From the NCBI RefSeq assembly GCF_009834535.1, contig NC_045696.1:114020001-114084000 (forward strand): a stretch of DNA of 64,000 bases, in the 5' to 3' direction. The DNA is from Camelus ferus (Eukaryota). Positions 13,546 through 27,668 of this stretch are shown one piece after another (within the stretch, counting starts at the first letter, position 1; each line of letters starts with the position of its first letter). Under the pieces are notes generated by a model, which was not told the DNA's origin, made no database searches, and saw nothing but the letters and a program-made list of their open reading frames with translations. Made by a program: the position numbers and the translations under genes.

Positions 13546-16500
13546 GATCCATTTTTCTTTTTAAGGTACAAAAAAGAAAAAGAAAGGGAAAAAAACCCAA
13601 AACAGATTTCATTTGTATAAAAATGGTCACCTTAAAGCTGCCAAGTATTTTCCATGTTTCAAAATAAGTCTTTTATTGCACACAAGTCAAAACATTATGA
13701 CAAATACATTCTCCTTTCCTGAGGTTAGATCCAGTTTTAGAAGATCACCATCAAAAGAAACATGTTTGTTATAATCAACATAATGATCTGATTTTTGGTA
13801 GCTCATTTGACTGTTGTTATTAATAAAACTAATATAGAAAGGCAAAGTAGCCATATTTTGGATGAAAATAGCCATCCAAAAGCAGTACCTTAAGGTGACT
13901 TTTTTCCAACAGACTGAGAATCAGTTTAAGTTGCATTTCTACCTTTCACTGTCACTGCTAATCCCACTTACATCAGAACCATTTCCAGTGCCATGACTCA
14001 CCCTCTCTCATATCCTACTCTAAACTGCTGGTGACATCTCTCCCTTTCTGTCCTACTAAAAACATCCACCTAGTATAGTCATCACCTTTGCTCCCCTTAT
14101 GAAGCATCTACTGTTTTGCCTCTTGCCTCCCCAATCAACACAAGTCTTATCTTCCATGTGTCCAGTTACGCGCCCTAATCTTGCATGTGCAGTTGCCAAT
14201 CCACCCTGCTAGCATTCCGATCCCACCCCTGCGCCAGGCGCAGCCTCCTTTATCAACATAATTAACTCATACCTTACAGAGCAATCACAGAGACGTACTG
14301 TCATCTCTTCTCACTAACCTTTCCTTTTTAAATCCATTTCTAACACTCATTTCTCCTAGAAAGAGAATCTTTTTTTTTTAATAGCAGTGGCTGAGCAAAT
14401 GAAAGAGGCAGAGCTAAATGAAGAAAAACAAAAATACAGAACATAAGGAATTATATGAAGTGTAGATTGCTTTATGACTATAAATTCTACAGTCCTGGAG
14501 GATGAAGAAAGGTAAAGTGATGCCAGCCTGTATACTATAAATTTTCCACAGAAGACTGATATTTCTTCAAATTAAAAAAAGAGATGAAAGTGATTACTGA
14601 CATGCTTAGGACACTGAGTATTTCCTGGCTTCAAATGTACCATGAATCTAAATATAAAAAATAAAAAGCCAGAAGAAAGTCCTAGTATGTTAAACTTCAC
14701 TTCCCTTCAGCAGGATAAGGCCGTAAAGCTAACCAGCAGAGCTGTGTCGTCATGACCTCCACTCAGGAGGCTGGCCCTTTGACAGGAATGGAAGCTCGTG
14801 GTCTGATTTAACAAGCTGGGAGGTGTGGGACCAGTGACGGGCTCATCATGTTCTGGGTGGGAGGAGATCACCAAGAAGGATGCTGGCCTGAGCCACGTAT
14901 TGTGGCTGTCATTACATCCATCCCACTTAGACAACAAGCTGAGAATCTCAGAGATCTGTCTTGGCCTCCCCAGAAAGATGGAGACCCACACAGCGGAGCA
15001 GTGGCTCAGGAGTCACGAACAGTCTCTTCCATTAAGCCGCATCCACCTAAAGGAAAGGTCCATCCAACGATCCATAGAAACACCCTATTTCCAAGATCTG
15101 AGGTGGGAAAATGGAGACATGACTACGTTGGTGCTGCTCTCTTTGGGATTCATAACACGCAAATAATTCTTCTATTCTTTTTAAAATGCCTAGTATTCTA
15201 TCTAAACATGGAGAGAGTGGAAGAAGCCTCCTACAGCAAGTCCTCCTTGGTCACTTCTTCCTACCCCCTTCCCAACCAGCATCAAACAGCCCCCTACCCC
15301 CAAGTAATCCCGTGATACCCTACAGTTCCCTTTAGAACAACACAATGTTTTGAATCCAAATTTTGTGAATAGGAACTTTAAAAAAGGCAAACAAGCAAAC
15401 AAACAAAAACCCTTAATGTAAAAATTTAAGCCAATATACTGGATCTGAGTTAATTATTGGTCACCACACTGGACCACAGGTTCCTTGAGAACAGAACCTT
15501 CCTTATCTCTGTACACCTAGTCACTTGCACAAACCAGCATGGACCAGCTTCTCAAACATGGATTACCACCTCTCCCTCACTGCCCCATGAACATCTACTT
15601 ACTTACATCCCCACAAACACATGGCAACCTAGATGCCCCTGCACCTGCGGTTCCTCGTAGCTCCGTGACTTCACTCACGCTACTCCCTATAGCTGTCTTT
15701 TAGTTACTTCATGGATCCTTAGCTGCCTTCAAAGCCCCCCTATCTAAAAAACACACTGCTTATTTCATGACCTTTTATCACCTTCAAAGTCCAGCAACCT
15801 GTCACAGCCTCTGTGGAGTCTTCCCTGCATCTCTCAGTTAAGAGTTTCCTCTCCCCCATGATTCCAAGTCATTCCTGATGTAAAAATACATGCCTAGGAG
15901 ATTTGATAAGTACTTCACAAATTTATTTAAGTAAATCCCTATTATTTAGCATAACAGTACAGAATGTAAATTAATGGTTCTACAATCAAAGCGAAATAAA
16001 ACAGCATCTCACTGACACGTATTAGATTCTTAGACATGTTTTAGTGTCTTTAAAAATCTAGTTTATTCATTAAGAAACATTAACTTTTAAGGTTCACCTG
16101 ACTTTATAAGATCCAAGTATGTAAAAAACTGAATTTCAAGAGTCTCCCAGAGTATTTATGTCTCTCTCATGCCAATAACATAATTCTTTCCACTGTAGTT
16201 CTATCCCACTAGACTGGCAGTTCCTTAAGAACAAAAACTAGATCTTCTTAAAAATATAAACCTACACTTAAATTTTAAAATTAGTGTAACACTACTCCAG
16301 AGAGGCCACCGGAGAGAGGAGATCACCTATAACCTCCTTAATCTAATGCAAGGACTATAAATTAGATTTTCTTCTTTTCCTTTAAAAAATTTTAAATATT
16401 TCTATTTTATAAACTTATAATCATATATGACATATAATTATAGCCTACTCGTTTTTCTATGCATCTTTTCATATGACTATATAGTTTGTCCATTTGTTTT

Positions 16501-18142
16501 TATTTGATATATAACCATCCAAAGAAAGGATTAACCCCAACCTAGCCATTTCTCTTCATATAACGTTGTTTACTTTCACATTTTCACTGTTACATGAATA
16601 GTCTTTATTCTGAATTATCTTTCCATAAGCTAGAGCCCCTTACATTAAATTACTGACTTAAAAGGTATAAACATTTCTACTGCTACTGAAGCACAGTCAA
16701 CATGTTTTCATTTGGAGCTGTACCTTTCTCTTAGTTGTATTTTCTCTTAGCTTTATTTTTCTTTTTATTTAACCCTCTAATCCATGGGTAAGCAGTATGT
16801 CATCTCTGCACACCCCCACAAAACCTATTTCAGTAACGTACACATGCTATTCACATTCAATAAATGCTTTACATATTTCTTATTAAGAGATAAAATGTAA
16901 AAAAAACTACCTATTATCTAGTAACCTTACTAGAATCTTTATAAGCTATTCAACTAATACAAATATAAAAGTAAGATACACTTTATAATGAAGGACACGA
17001 AAACACTGCAGATTTGTTCTCTCTACTGTGGGCATATGAATCACATCATTTAAGAAAATCTGTTTTTGTTGGCACACCAAATTTTACTGTCTGCGGTTAA
17101 GTCATACAAATTCTTTTTTCACATATGCAGCCTGCAGAGTAGCAAGCTGGATACTAGTGTGATTCACTGTCCTCAGATCTCTGTTACTCTGCTACAGGAT
17201 TCTATAACCTTCGAGTGGAGAACTACTAAATAATTTACTACAATCAATACCATAACTCAAAATGCTGTATAATGATTCACAGAAACAGCCACTTTTATTA
17301 TAATGACACACCTTGGTAGGTTTTTTTTTTGGTCAGTCATCAACTCTTCAACAGAAAAAAAGCGTATGTGTATACAACTTATAAATTTAACCAACCAAGA
17401 TATCGCCTAGTGAAAAGTAGACAGCTTTATTCCTCTTTTCCAACTTGAGTAATTGTAATTTTATTTTGTTGCGAAGAAACAGTCAATTAGACCAAAATGC
17501 CTACTACAATCAAAAACATAATATATATGCCCTCTTGGATTATAGCACATTTCTGTAGTGTACCTGTCAATATAATTTGCATTTGAAAACCTACAAAAAC
17601 ACTTAAAATGACAGCTGTGGAAATTAATCTGACTAGTGAGGTTGGCAGCACAGGCTTACTCTCCTCTAATGGTTACAGCTTTTACCAAAATGTATGAGTA
17701 TGGCAAATAATTGCTGGTAACCCTATCCTACGTGTTTCAGAAGAGTTGTTTCTCCTAACACATAAACAGTCCAGAGAGATGACTAGGATGCTATAATCTT
17801 TTATGTCTACCTACAAAACAAAGGAAGATGTAGAAATACTGTTTACATGTATAGATTTTATGGCTTAAATGTGCTAATTCTAAATATGTTAACAACTGCT
17901 TTACAAATAATTTACTATTACCTACTTAATGATAATACATTTGAGAGAAAAACTGAAGTTTCCAAGACTGAGTATTTTTTAAATTACAGAGAATTGGTTT
18001 ATAGTTTTCTGACAAAATCGAGAAAGAAGGTAATGATTTAAATGCTTCATATAGCCTACCTACTTCGAAAAGATTATTAGCAGATTATAACTTTATACAA
18101 CTGGGCCATTAAAATAGAAAATGAACAGCAAATCCAGAGAAC

Positions 18143-18312
18143 AATGGTTCCTTATCTTGGGGGGCGGGGGTGGAGGTCACTGAAATTTTGATAAAAGCCA
18201 GGGACACTGCCCCAGATTCCCACATGCACACAAACAATTTTACCTATCATTTCAGGGCAGTTCATGAACTCCCTGAGGCTGATACACAGAGGATGGATTA
18301 AAAACTCCTGCC
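18143..18312. mobile_element. Degenerate hAT-Charlie-type MITE
   Basis: aatggttccttatcttgggg ... ggattaaaaactcctg, degenerate CAGNGGTT-type terminal inverted repeats, ~170 bp. Confidence 0.45.
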
Positions 18313-18884
18313 ACAGAGAACCAGCAAAGAAATTATCCATATCAAAAGCCTAGGCTAATAAAGTTACTGTAATTAAAATGAAATATAACTCCAAGCTTCC
18401 TTGCAGCCAAAGAGAAAACACAATGGACTAAATAAACCTCAATGGCTGACAGAAGGAAGCATGCCAAATTGTAAGAAAACTTTTTTTCTGAAGCTAAATC
18501 CTTGAAGAATTTGCCATGTGAATTTGTATAAAAGGAACACTGAACATTGTGAGAGACAGTTTCATAGGCGATGCAGATGCAGAAATATTTATCATATAAC
18601 TGCACCTTATAAAGATGGATAAAATATGAGGGAATGATACTAAACCACAGAACTAACTAGCTTTCTGAGATCTAGTTTGATACGAGGTTAGAAATGAGGT
18701 TAAGCCACCAATCGCACACCCATAGCAGCCTCTGATACAAAATGAGAAATTTTTCACTGAGTACAGACCTAGTCTCAGAATCCTCAAGGCAGTCACTTTC
18801 CATAAACTGGAGCGTGCATCTGAAGCCTTTACGTATGACACAATAATGTAACGGATAATCAAGAATCAGCACAGAAGACATGTT

Positions 18885-19075
18885 CAGAATCCAGGAAATG
18901 GAGCCGATCTGAGTTTGAATCCTGGCTCATCTATTTACTAGCTGCATGACTTTCCAACTGTGACTATATTGCAGTTCCTCATTTGCAAGGCTGTAACAAC
19001 AAGTCTTTACTCTCAATAGAGTTCCTGAGAATTAAGTAAGTTAATATACATAAAGCTCCCCAAACAGTGCCTGTT
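18885..19075 (+). mobile_element. MIR SINE
   Basis: ctgagtttgaatcctggctcatctatttactagctgcatgac...cagttcctcatttgcaa. Confidence 0.7.
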
Positions 19076-22000
19076 GGCTCACCTAGAATTCTACAGGGGT
19101 AGACAGGGTCTGACATATGTAACTTACCAGTTATTATGCAGTTTTTCAAGAATAAATATTTCTAAAACTTTTGGTTACTATAGAGTCCTCTTTAACTATC
19201 AGATTTAATTTAAAGGACCTGACTTTTACTTAATGCACACATTTACTATCAAGGTCACTAGAACCCCTAATCTTGGCTAATTTAACTACATCTATCCTGA
19301 ATCAATCTCGCTTCCCACTTGTTCTCTGCGGCCAAAGTTTGAAGAAGTTGGAAAAAATACTAAGCGGCCTTAAAAAAAAATTGATTGATTAGAGAGCTAT
19401 TTCTCTATGCACATCTCACTGAATGTTCAGTATTTTTCAAAGCCATTTGTTCTCAAATGCTTCCATCTGGCTTCAGCTCTGTTGATCTAGTTAATCTTTA
19501 ATTCATGTAAAGTTAACAGCAAAGTCACATCTTATTCCAGAATTCGATTGTAAAGTCATTGTAAAAGGCAAAAATTGCACACAGCCAAAACTACCTTTGC
19601 ATACCTCCTTCATACCAGCCTATAAAGTACTACCCCTCAGTAAGGCCAGAAGAGCCCATTTTCCTCTAGCCCTGGTCTGACCACTGTCCATTCAGCTGAA
19701 CACTAGACGAAGTAGCTCTGACTTGCTCAGGAAGACTGAAGTCACAGTCAGGAAAGGGCGGTGTTCGCACTAGGACACAATCAAGGCCTGAAAGAACATC
19801 TTCCATCTCTCACTGAGGGACACATGTTCACTGATCAGAAGACAGGAATGGCTGAATAACTGTTTCCTGTACTCTGTCAACTATATTTCTCCCAAGCATG
19901 CTCCCTCCTTTCTGAAAGGGAGATGAAATCTACACAGTTGAATTTATAAAAGTTAAATAAGACACACTGCATGTGAGACAATGTTTGCACTAAAAATCCT
20001 AAAATAGTTCTGATGCCATACAACTTTAATGTTTATTTATTATAACTTATTTATACGATGTGCCTCATTCCTTTTTGAGGTTTCCGTATACAAATTCATC
20101 GGGAGGTGTTTTTGTGCTGAATGTTCTAAATTTTTGATATTCCATTTAGCTAGAGTATGGAACAATTTCAAATTTCATATGATCTGCTGGACTCCTTCTT
20201 CAATCAGGGATTACAGGACAAAATTAAGCTGAAGTCTTAGGGAAATTCCAGAGAAATTCCTTTCCTATCTATAAAAGTGAGAGGAATACCAGTGAGGATG
20301 TGGGGTAGCTCAGATCATGCTACCTAATGAGTAGTCCCACATTCAAAAACAGAAAAACCTTACCTGTCATTAAGGCAGTCACTTGACTGAATCATCTGCA
20401 GAACCGTGTGCTTGGGTGCATCAGACCGATCAATAACTGCCTTTCTGATGGAAGAAAAATGTATTCACAAAAAAATGGGCAACATGATCTATCTACACTT
20501 TCGCAACAGAGAGAAATAAGGGCAAAATTTATTAGAATTGGGAACTGGAGACAAAATACACTTGCTTGGCTTATGCAATGAACTCCTCTAGTGCTTTATT
20601 TTTATCAAAATTTTAACATGGCAATACTATTCTCTTAAGATACAACCACTAAGACTCTTACAGTTCAGAGTTTTGGGAGTTGCTACTGGGCACGATGGAA
20701 AACCACAAACGAATTTGCTAGTCTCTTCTCTCAAATTAGTGTTTTCCTTCAGTAAAAAGAGGGAGGGGAGGAAGGAGGCATAATCGTTAGTAGAATTATT
20801 TTATAAGCTAATTTCTAGGGGAGAGGTGCAGTGGGAGTGCCTTTGCAAATAAGCATCTGTATTCAGCCCACTGTGAAAATGCCTTTCCAATAATCTCTCT
20901 GTAGAAGAATTCGGCTTTAGGCCCAAATATCTCTGTTTAAAGAATGATATACCCATAGACATAAGTAATATGTAAACTGGTTATTTTCTGATTTAAATAT
21001 CAGATAATAAAGAATAAGATATTAAAGCACCAGAACAGTAATACAAAACCAGTCTAGTTTTATAATATTTCCGCAATTAATAAATTCTCTTACTTTTTGT
21101 ATTCTTTGGGAATTGGCTTTTTGATAAAAGGAAGAAAGAAGAAATCTAGAAAGTCTCCACTGTGGTTATCTATTCACTTAATAAATAGTGACTGAACACC
21201 TACTGAGTGCCAGACAGGGAGCTCTGCTATGTACACTTGTGCCATTCTTGGGGAAGACACATATACGCTGTTATGGTTTAAAAAGAAAAAAAGACCTAAT
21301 GAAATGTTTCATTTTTAATTGATTATAACCAGGTAGTCTGTGCTCAAAACACATTTTACTACCATTTTCAACAACTTATGGGTAAACACCTGACGCTTCC
21401 TACTCCTCCTTTTGAAACCTGTCCTTTTATTTATCCACTCATCTACCCTTTACCTATAACTGCCCAGCCACAGGTATAAGAATTGGGGGAAGAGTGAGAG
21501 ATGTATGTGTGCAAATATGCAAAGGCAGTTTCTGGACTTACAGAGGCAGTTTTTCCTCGGTTTAGAAAGGTCAAGAGGGAACAAAACCAATGATTTGGTA
21601 GATCTAATAAAAGGCTTAAGGTGCTCAGGTAACAGATATGAAAGTGCCCCTTAAGATTGTAAAACGCTATTCTAATGTAACATATTATTACTAAACAAAA
21701 CTGCTTGATTACTCTGATGACTTCAATTATCCATGCCATTATTACGAATATCAAGAGTCCCCTACTAACCTGAACTGGTATTTTTAAGAACCAAATAAGG
21801 CCTATCATATCCTTTTTTGATAATTTAATTGTAGTTCTGATAACTTTAGTTGTTAACTACAGATATCTAACGCCAATCCAGTAAAGTCTTAAGAAACTAT
21901 ACCTTCGAGGGTTTCCAGTCATGAGCATCAGTATTCAGCCCATTAAGTCATAAAGCTAGGGTCTGAATTTTGGCTATGACTTTCAACAATATAAACTCTC

Positions 22001-24889
22001 TGAGATTCCATCTCCACAACTGCACAATGAAGGTGAAATACATGTTAAGAAGATTAAATAAATGAGAATATGACAATATTTAGCATAATGTCTATCACAT
22101 ATGAGAACTCTATATTCCTTTTTTATCCTTTATTTTTATCTGCTTTATAACAATGTATAAACTATTTATCATTATCAGTTATATACCCTCTTTCACGAGA
22201 CAATAAATCCTCTGTAGGTTTTTTTTTATTTATGATCCTCTATTTATATGTAAATGGAAGTGGTATCTTTCACCATCTCATCTTTTTTTGTGTATCCCCA
22301 CACTGCCTAAGATACTGGCTAAGCACAATTACTACACCAAAATAAATAGGCCCAAAGGGTATTTTCATTTATAAATGTATTTATTAAAAAGAAAACAAGG
22401 AGTATCTGAAATCAGGACTCTCCCAGAAAATGTGGAATGAACAAACCCCTAAATTATCTGCACACTATTGCAAACTTTTATTCTATTATTAAATTAACTA
22501 TCGGAATATATTATTTTCCCTTAGGTCTAATTCAGCAAAGTCAGAAACAAAAAAAATGTATCTTAGAGTGAATTTTCATTACCTTCCTGACAATATCCAC
22601 ATTTATAAGAGCTCAGTCTTTCAGAACCAAAGTATACACAACACTTCTCCAATACAATCATTTCTCCAAGCAGTTTCCATTATTTTCTTATAACAGTGCA
22701 ATGGAAATGGTAATTAAAATTAGACATTTTAGTTCCTATTATCTGAAAAATGTAAGCATGTGCTTACCAATTCATGAACCACCCAACGCAGGCACTGTTA
22801 ACAACTGGCTGGCCTCACACATCGCTGTTATTCACTAATCTTCTCCGTGTTTTCCTCTTTGAAGCGTTGTTCTAGTACTCAGCTATAATAAACAAACCCT
22901 GTATAGTTAATTATGCTGTTGCATCAACAATAAAAAGTTGGCCCTCTTCCACTTTGACTGTAAAATTCTTCATTAGGAGGCTAATGAATACTGACACTGA
23001 AAAGGAGACTGCACAGAGTCATGTGACTTGTTAAAAGGAAGAATACGTATTAGAAAGTAAAATTCCCACAAAGCTAGACAGGAATCTAACTTCATATACA
23101 AATAATGTATGCAAATATGAATACATCAACATTCGGTGAGAATGTATTAGTCTTTCTTGGTTAAAACTTCTGCACTAGGCATATTCACTTTAAAAGTTTC
23201 TTCTAAGTATGTTTCTAAAACTTAAAAAAAAAAGAAACTTAAATGTGTTTACATTTTTTCCCATTTAACAATTTACTCTTTTCCATATAAAACTCAGGGT
23301 ACGTTTTTCTATAAAATCACCCTTAAAAATGTAGTAATAATGAGATTAAAAGCTGTACAGATTTGGAGAAAAAAATCTCCATGGTTGGAGGAGGGAACAT
23401 CATCAAGGCTGTGTCACTGATATGTATAGTGGTAGCTAAAACATCAAGTAAAAATGAATAAATATGCAGGCTAAGAGTATCATCATTTTCATAAAAAGGT
23501 AAAATATTCTCTAATTTGGCATTAGGTGAAACAAAATCTGCTACATCCTATTATATTTTGAAGAGGACTATTTGGTAAGAAATCTATTATTAAAGCCCTA
23601 AGGCCAAGAAAAAGAAATACTAGTCATAGACAACTGATTTAAAACATTTTAATACCATAAAGTTATTCAGAAGTTTAATTAGCCTAACCAATGCTTGTAA
23701 AAAAGCTGTAAACTTGCTAAAATGACTATGCCTGAACTAATGGTAAAATAATTTTTTAAGCCAAAAAAGATACTATTTTTAACATTAAATAGTTTTCTTA
23801 AATAAAGCCATTAACTTCAAAATAAGCATATGTTGCTCTTTAGAGGAATTCCAGAATATCAAAGACAAATTAAAAATCAGGTAGAAGCTGGGGAATGGGA
23901 GAAAGAATCTAGGGTAAAGGGACCAATATTTGAGGTCTGATAGGAAAACTGAGGCTTGGAGATTGAATAAAACATATTTACAGAAATGAAACTGTAGTAT
24001 CTGCCACTATAAAACTGTTGGGAGCATAAAAGATGAAGCATGAGAACTAATCCATAATAAGTGCTCAACAAATGATAATATTATTATTATTAAAATTGTT
24101 TGTTCATGTTATTGGATCTAGTACAGCAGATGAAGGATAATTTTGTTCAAAAATCCAAATCAGGATAGTGTCCATCGAAAGTTTTCTTCACGGTCCCCTT
24201 TGTTTAAACTTCAATAGTTGCTTGATCTTTTTTTATAGATCTATTCAGTGATAACAATTTTCAAGTAAAGCAGTTAGGGCAAGTTACAAGAAAATCAGTG
24301 GTTTTAATTGCTTTTATTAACCAATTTATTAACCTAATGCCACTTTAATGGTAACAGTTCCATTTTTTTTTCAGCAGAAAAGACTTGTGATTTAGTAGAA
24401 TGTACTACTTCACTTTACAATATGATAATTAATCTTGATATCCACCTGCAAAGTGCTCCACATTGTCAACAGAATAAAATTATCCTCATCTAAATCATAA
24501 AGCTCTAGCAAAACTGTGAAGGCTGTCGTTCTTGTGACATTTGTATTCGTAAGAAGCAAAGAAGACTGTAGAAACTGTTTAAAACACATTTCCATAAAAC
24601 CCCCAAATTGTCTTTCTGTTCCAAAATACATTCCAGCTTTGTGGACTCCTGACTGGGCTGGAAAATACAAGGTAAAAGGTAAAAAGGATGTTGTTACTCT
24701 AACCTCACCTGAAGAACAAAGCTCTACGTACAGACTATTACTCTGCAACAGACCTTCATCTGTATGAGAACGATATCCAATATACTAAAAACAGTGTTAA
24801 AATCTATCAGACTTGGGGAGAGGTGTGAATGAAAGGGAAAATGAGGGAGGCTTCCAGGGCGCTAGTAATGCCCTGATGCTAACAACATG

Positions 24890-25740
24890 CATCTTATTGA
24901 ACACTTAAATCATCAGCGTCTCTAGGACACTAACGTTTAAAGGGGGAGAAGAGACAATAGACATGATCATAAGTAGATCACAGAAGTAAATGTCAGATGT
25001 TTAGTCCCATAGAAAGAAATTCACAGAGTAAAAGAAATGGGGTGTGTGGAGGCAGGGTGGTCAGAGTAGGCTGCTCACTGAAGTGACACCTGAGGAAAGA
25101 ATGAAGGTCAGTGGGCACGTCCTGGCAGAGGAAAGAGCCAGCAGAGACCCCGCGGAGGAAGCACATCTGGCATGTCTGGAGAACAGGAAAGAGGCCGATG
25201 CAGCAGCAGCAGAGGAATCAAAAGAAGACATGGTGAGGTCAGAGAGACAGAGAAGAACCTGGTCACTTACCATTTCATGGTCACTGGAATGGGAATCCAA
25301 GGAGTAAAACAATCTGACTTTCATTTTTAAAGGATCCGTCTTTCATACTAAGAACAGACTATAGAGGAGAAAGACAGAAGTGAGGAGACCTGCTGGGAAA
25401 CTGTGGCAATTAACTCAAGCAAGAAATGAAGACGGCTTGGACCAGAACAATAACTGTGAGGCCAGGAAAAGTGGTCAGACTACAGGTATATTCTGAAAGT
25501 CAGGCTAAAAGAATGTCCTAACAGGATGGATGTGGAGTGAAGAGAGAAAGAAAAAAATCAAAGATGACTTCAAAGTTTTTTTTGCTAACTGGAAAAATGG
25601 GTTGCTATTAACTGAGATGAAAAGACTGTGGATGAAGATGACATGACAGGGGAACAGGAGTTCAGGTTTGGAGTTAATATTTTTGAGGTGTCTATTAAAT
25701 ATTCAAATGGAGTGTTGCATAGGCAGCTAGATACAGAAGT
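24890..25740 (-). mobile_element. L2 fragment
   Basis: Purine-rich antisense L2 signature (ggatgtggagtgaagagagaaag...caaagatgacttcaaagtttt...ctattaactgagatg). Confidence 0.75.
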
Positions 25741-27364
25741 TAAATTTTAAATGATAGGGTTTATTTTACAGAGAGCTAAACAAAAATAAATTTTAAACAA
25801 TAAAATTTAATCTTAATTGTTAACATCAGTTTGACTAGCTAATCAATACAATAAATTTTCACTATTATTAATCTTCATTTAGTACATCTATGTAGTGCTC
25901 CATCATCACTCAAGTGAACACAGGTAAGCAGAGAAAATACTTAGGCTATCCAGTAAACTCAAATAATCACAGCTCAACAATACAGAGGGCTTAATGTGTC
26001 CCTATAGTAGATGTACAGTGCTTACAGGTGAAAACGTCCAGAGACCCTGTCAGATTTTATCTGTATCTTTCACTGCAGACATAGTAAGCCCTGCAGACTC
26101 AAAATAGCATCATAAATGGTGCTAGTGTGCACACCAAAGAAACAAAACTATTTAATGACAGGTTTTCTCCTTAAACAAAATAACTGGATCCTGACTGTCT
26201 ATGAAGGAAAACATGGTACCATGGGCACTAAGTACTGACAGTTAACGTCAGCACGTTGCTGTACAGCTACAAACACTGCCATACATCAAGCATTGCCCAA
26301 GTTAGTGGTTTACCTAACAAGATTTTTTTTTTTATTTGAAAGGTTAGTGTATTGGCACAACTTTAAAATAAAACAAAAATTAATTAGGCCCTATAAGAAT
26401 TACTAAGCTGAAGAATCAAAACTTAAGTGAAATGGGGGAAGGCAAGACTGTCAATGAAATAAATGAAAAACAAGAATTACCAGTTAATAAAATATAAATG
26501 TTGTTTAGTCAATTATCCTAATTTTAAACAGTAAGCAGTAAGGAATGAAAGGAAATTACTGAGATACAATTACTCTCTCAGATAATATTTTCAAAATTCA
26601 ACTGGTTGCGCCACAATTAAAAAAAAAAAAACTATAACCAAAAACAAGGCTGGCATCATTGAGCAAAAACCCTATCTACCTCAAGAAATGGAAACTGGGA
26701 AGAAGTGGGAACAATACTGTACAAGGAGAATAAAGGTTGAAATCATGCTAATCAGAAGTTGACTATAATAATCTGCTTTCCAACTCCTTCTCAAAAGGCT
26801 CATTCTGCAATTCTATACATTAAGAGTATATAACTATCTTTCTACTCAAAGCCCAATTATCATCATCAACCAAAGGATAAAACGCATATACATACCTTTT
26901 AGAACCTCTTACGCGTTACCATCCAACAATTTAGCAGTGCCAGGCTTACAGATATCCAATGTTTGCTAAATCTGAATGTATTCTGATCTCATCTCGCTCC
27001 CTCTCTTATCACCTTCCTCCTCTCATGGGATCTCTCTCTCTTTTTTTAATTCAGGAATAGCCCGAGGCTGCCCATCTGGACCCCTGGATATTGCGGCCCC
27101 TCTGCAGCCTCCTTCACGCAGCAGCCTGAGTGGTCTTCTCACAACACAAAGTTAGATCACTGCTCTCCCTTGGCCATGGCAGGGGAAAAGCTAAGGCTCC
27201 TACGATGGCCTGGGGGGCCCACACAACATGCCCTTTGCCTTACCCGGCCTTGTCTGCTACCTGCCTCCCTCTAACAGGTCTCCAGTCCAGCACTCAGTCA
27301 TAGGAACTCTTAAACCTCCCCATCCCATTTAATTTATTTGACTAGTATGTTTTATTATAAAACT

Positions 27365-27668
27365 GAATGCTGTCCTTACGCTAAGTGGAAGATGCTAGGT
27401 ACAAAAGGCCACATCATGTATGATTCCATTTATAGAAGTGTCCAGAACAGACAAATCCATAGAGAGTCAATCAGTGGCTGCCAGGGACTGGCAGCAAGAG
27501 AAAATGGGAAATGAATGCTATTAGGTGCCAGGTTTCTTTCTGGGGTGATGAAAATGTTCTGAAAGTAGCAGTGGTGAGGTCGCACAACTTCGTGAATACA
27601 CCAAAACCACTGGATTACACATTTTATAAGGGTGAATTCCACAATATTTAAAATACATCTCATTTTAA
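27365..27668 (+). mobile_element. Old L1 (L1MB/ME-like) 3'UTR fragment
   Basis: tgtatgattccatttata...tccagaacagacaaatccataga...tttctggggtgatgaaaatgttctg, shared with 40135-40390 and 55800-56060. Confidence 0.8.

Noticed and set aside
14700..15315. Moderately GC-rich patch with 113-155 aa ORFs, possible processed pseudogene
   Set aside because: No recognisable protein, poly(A) tail or TSD; cannot be supported without a search.
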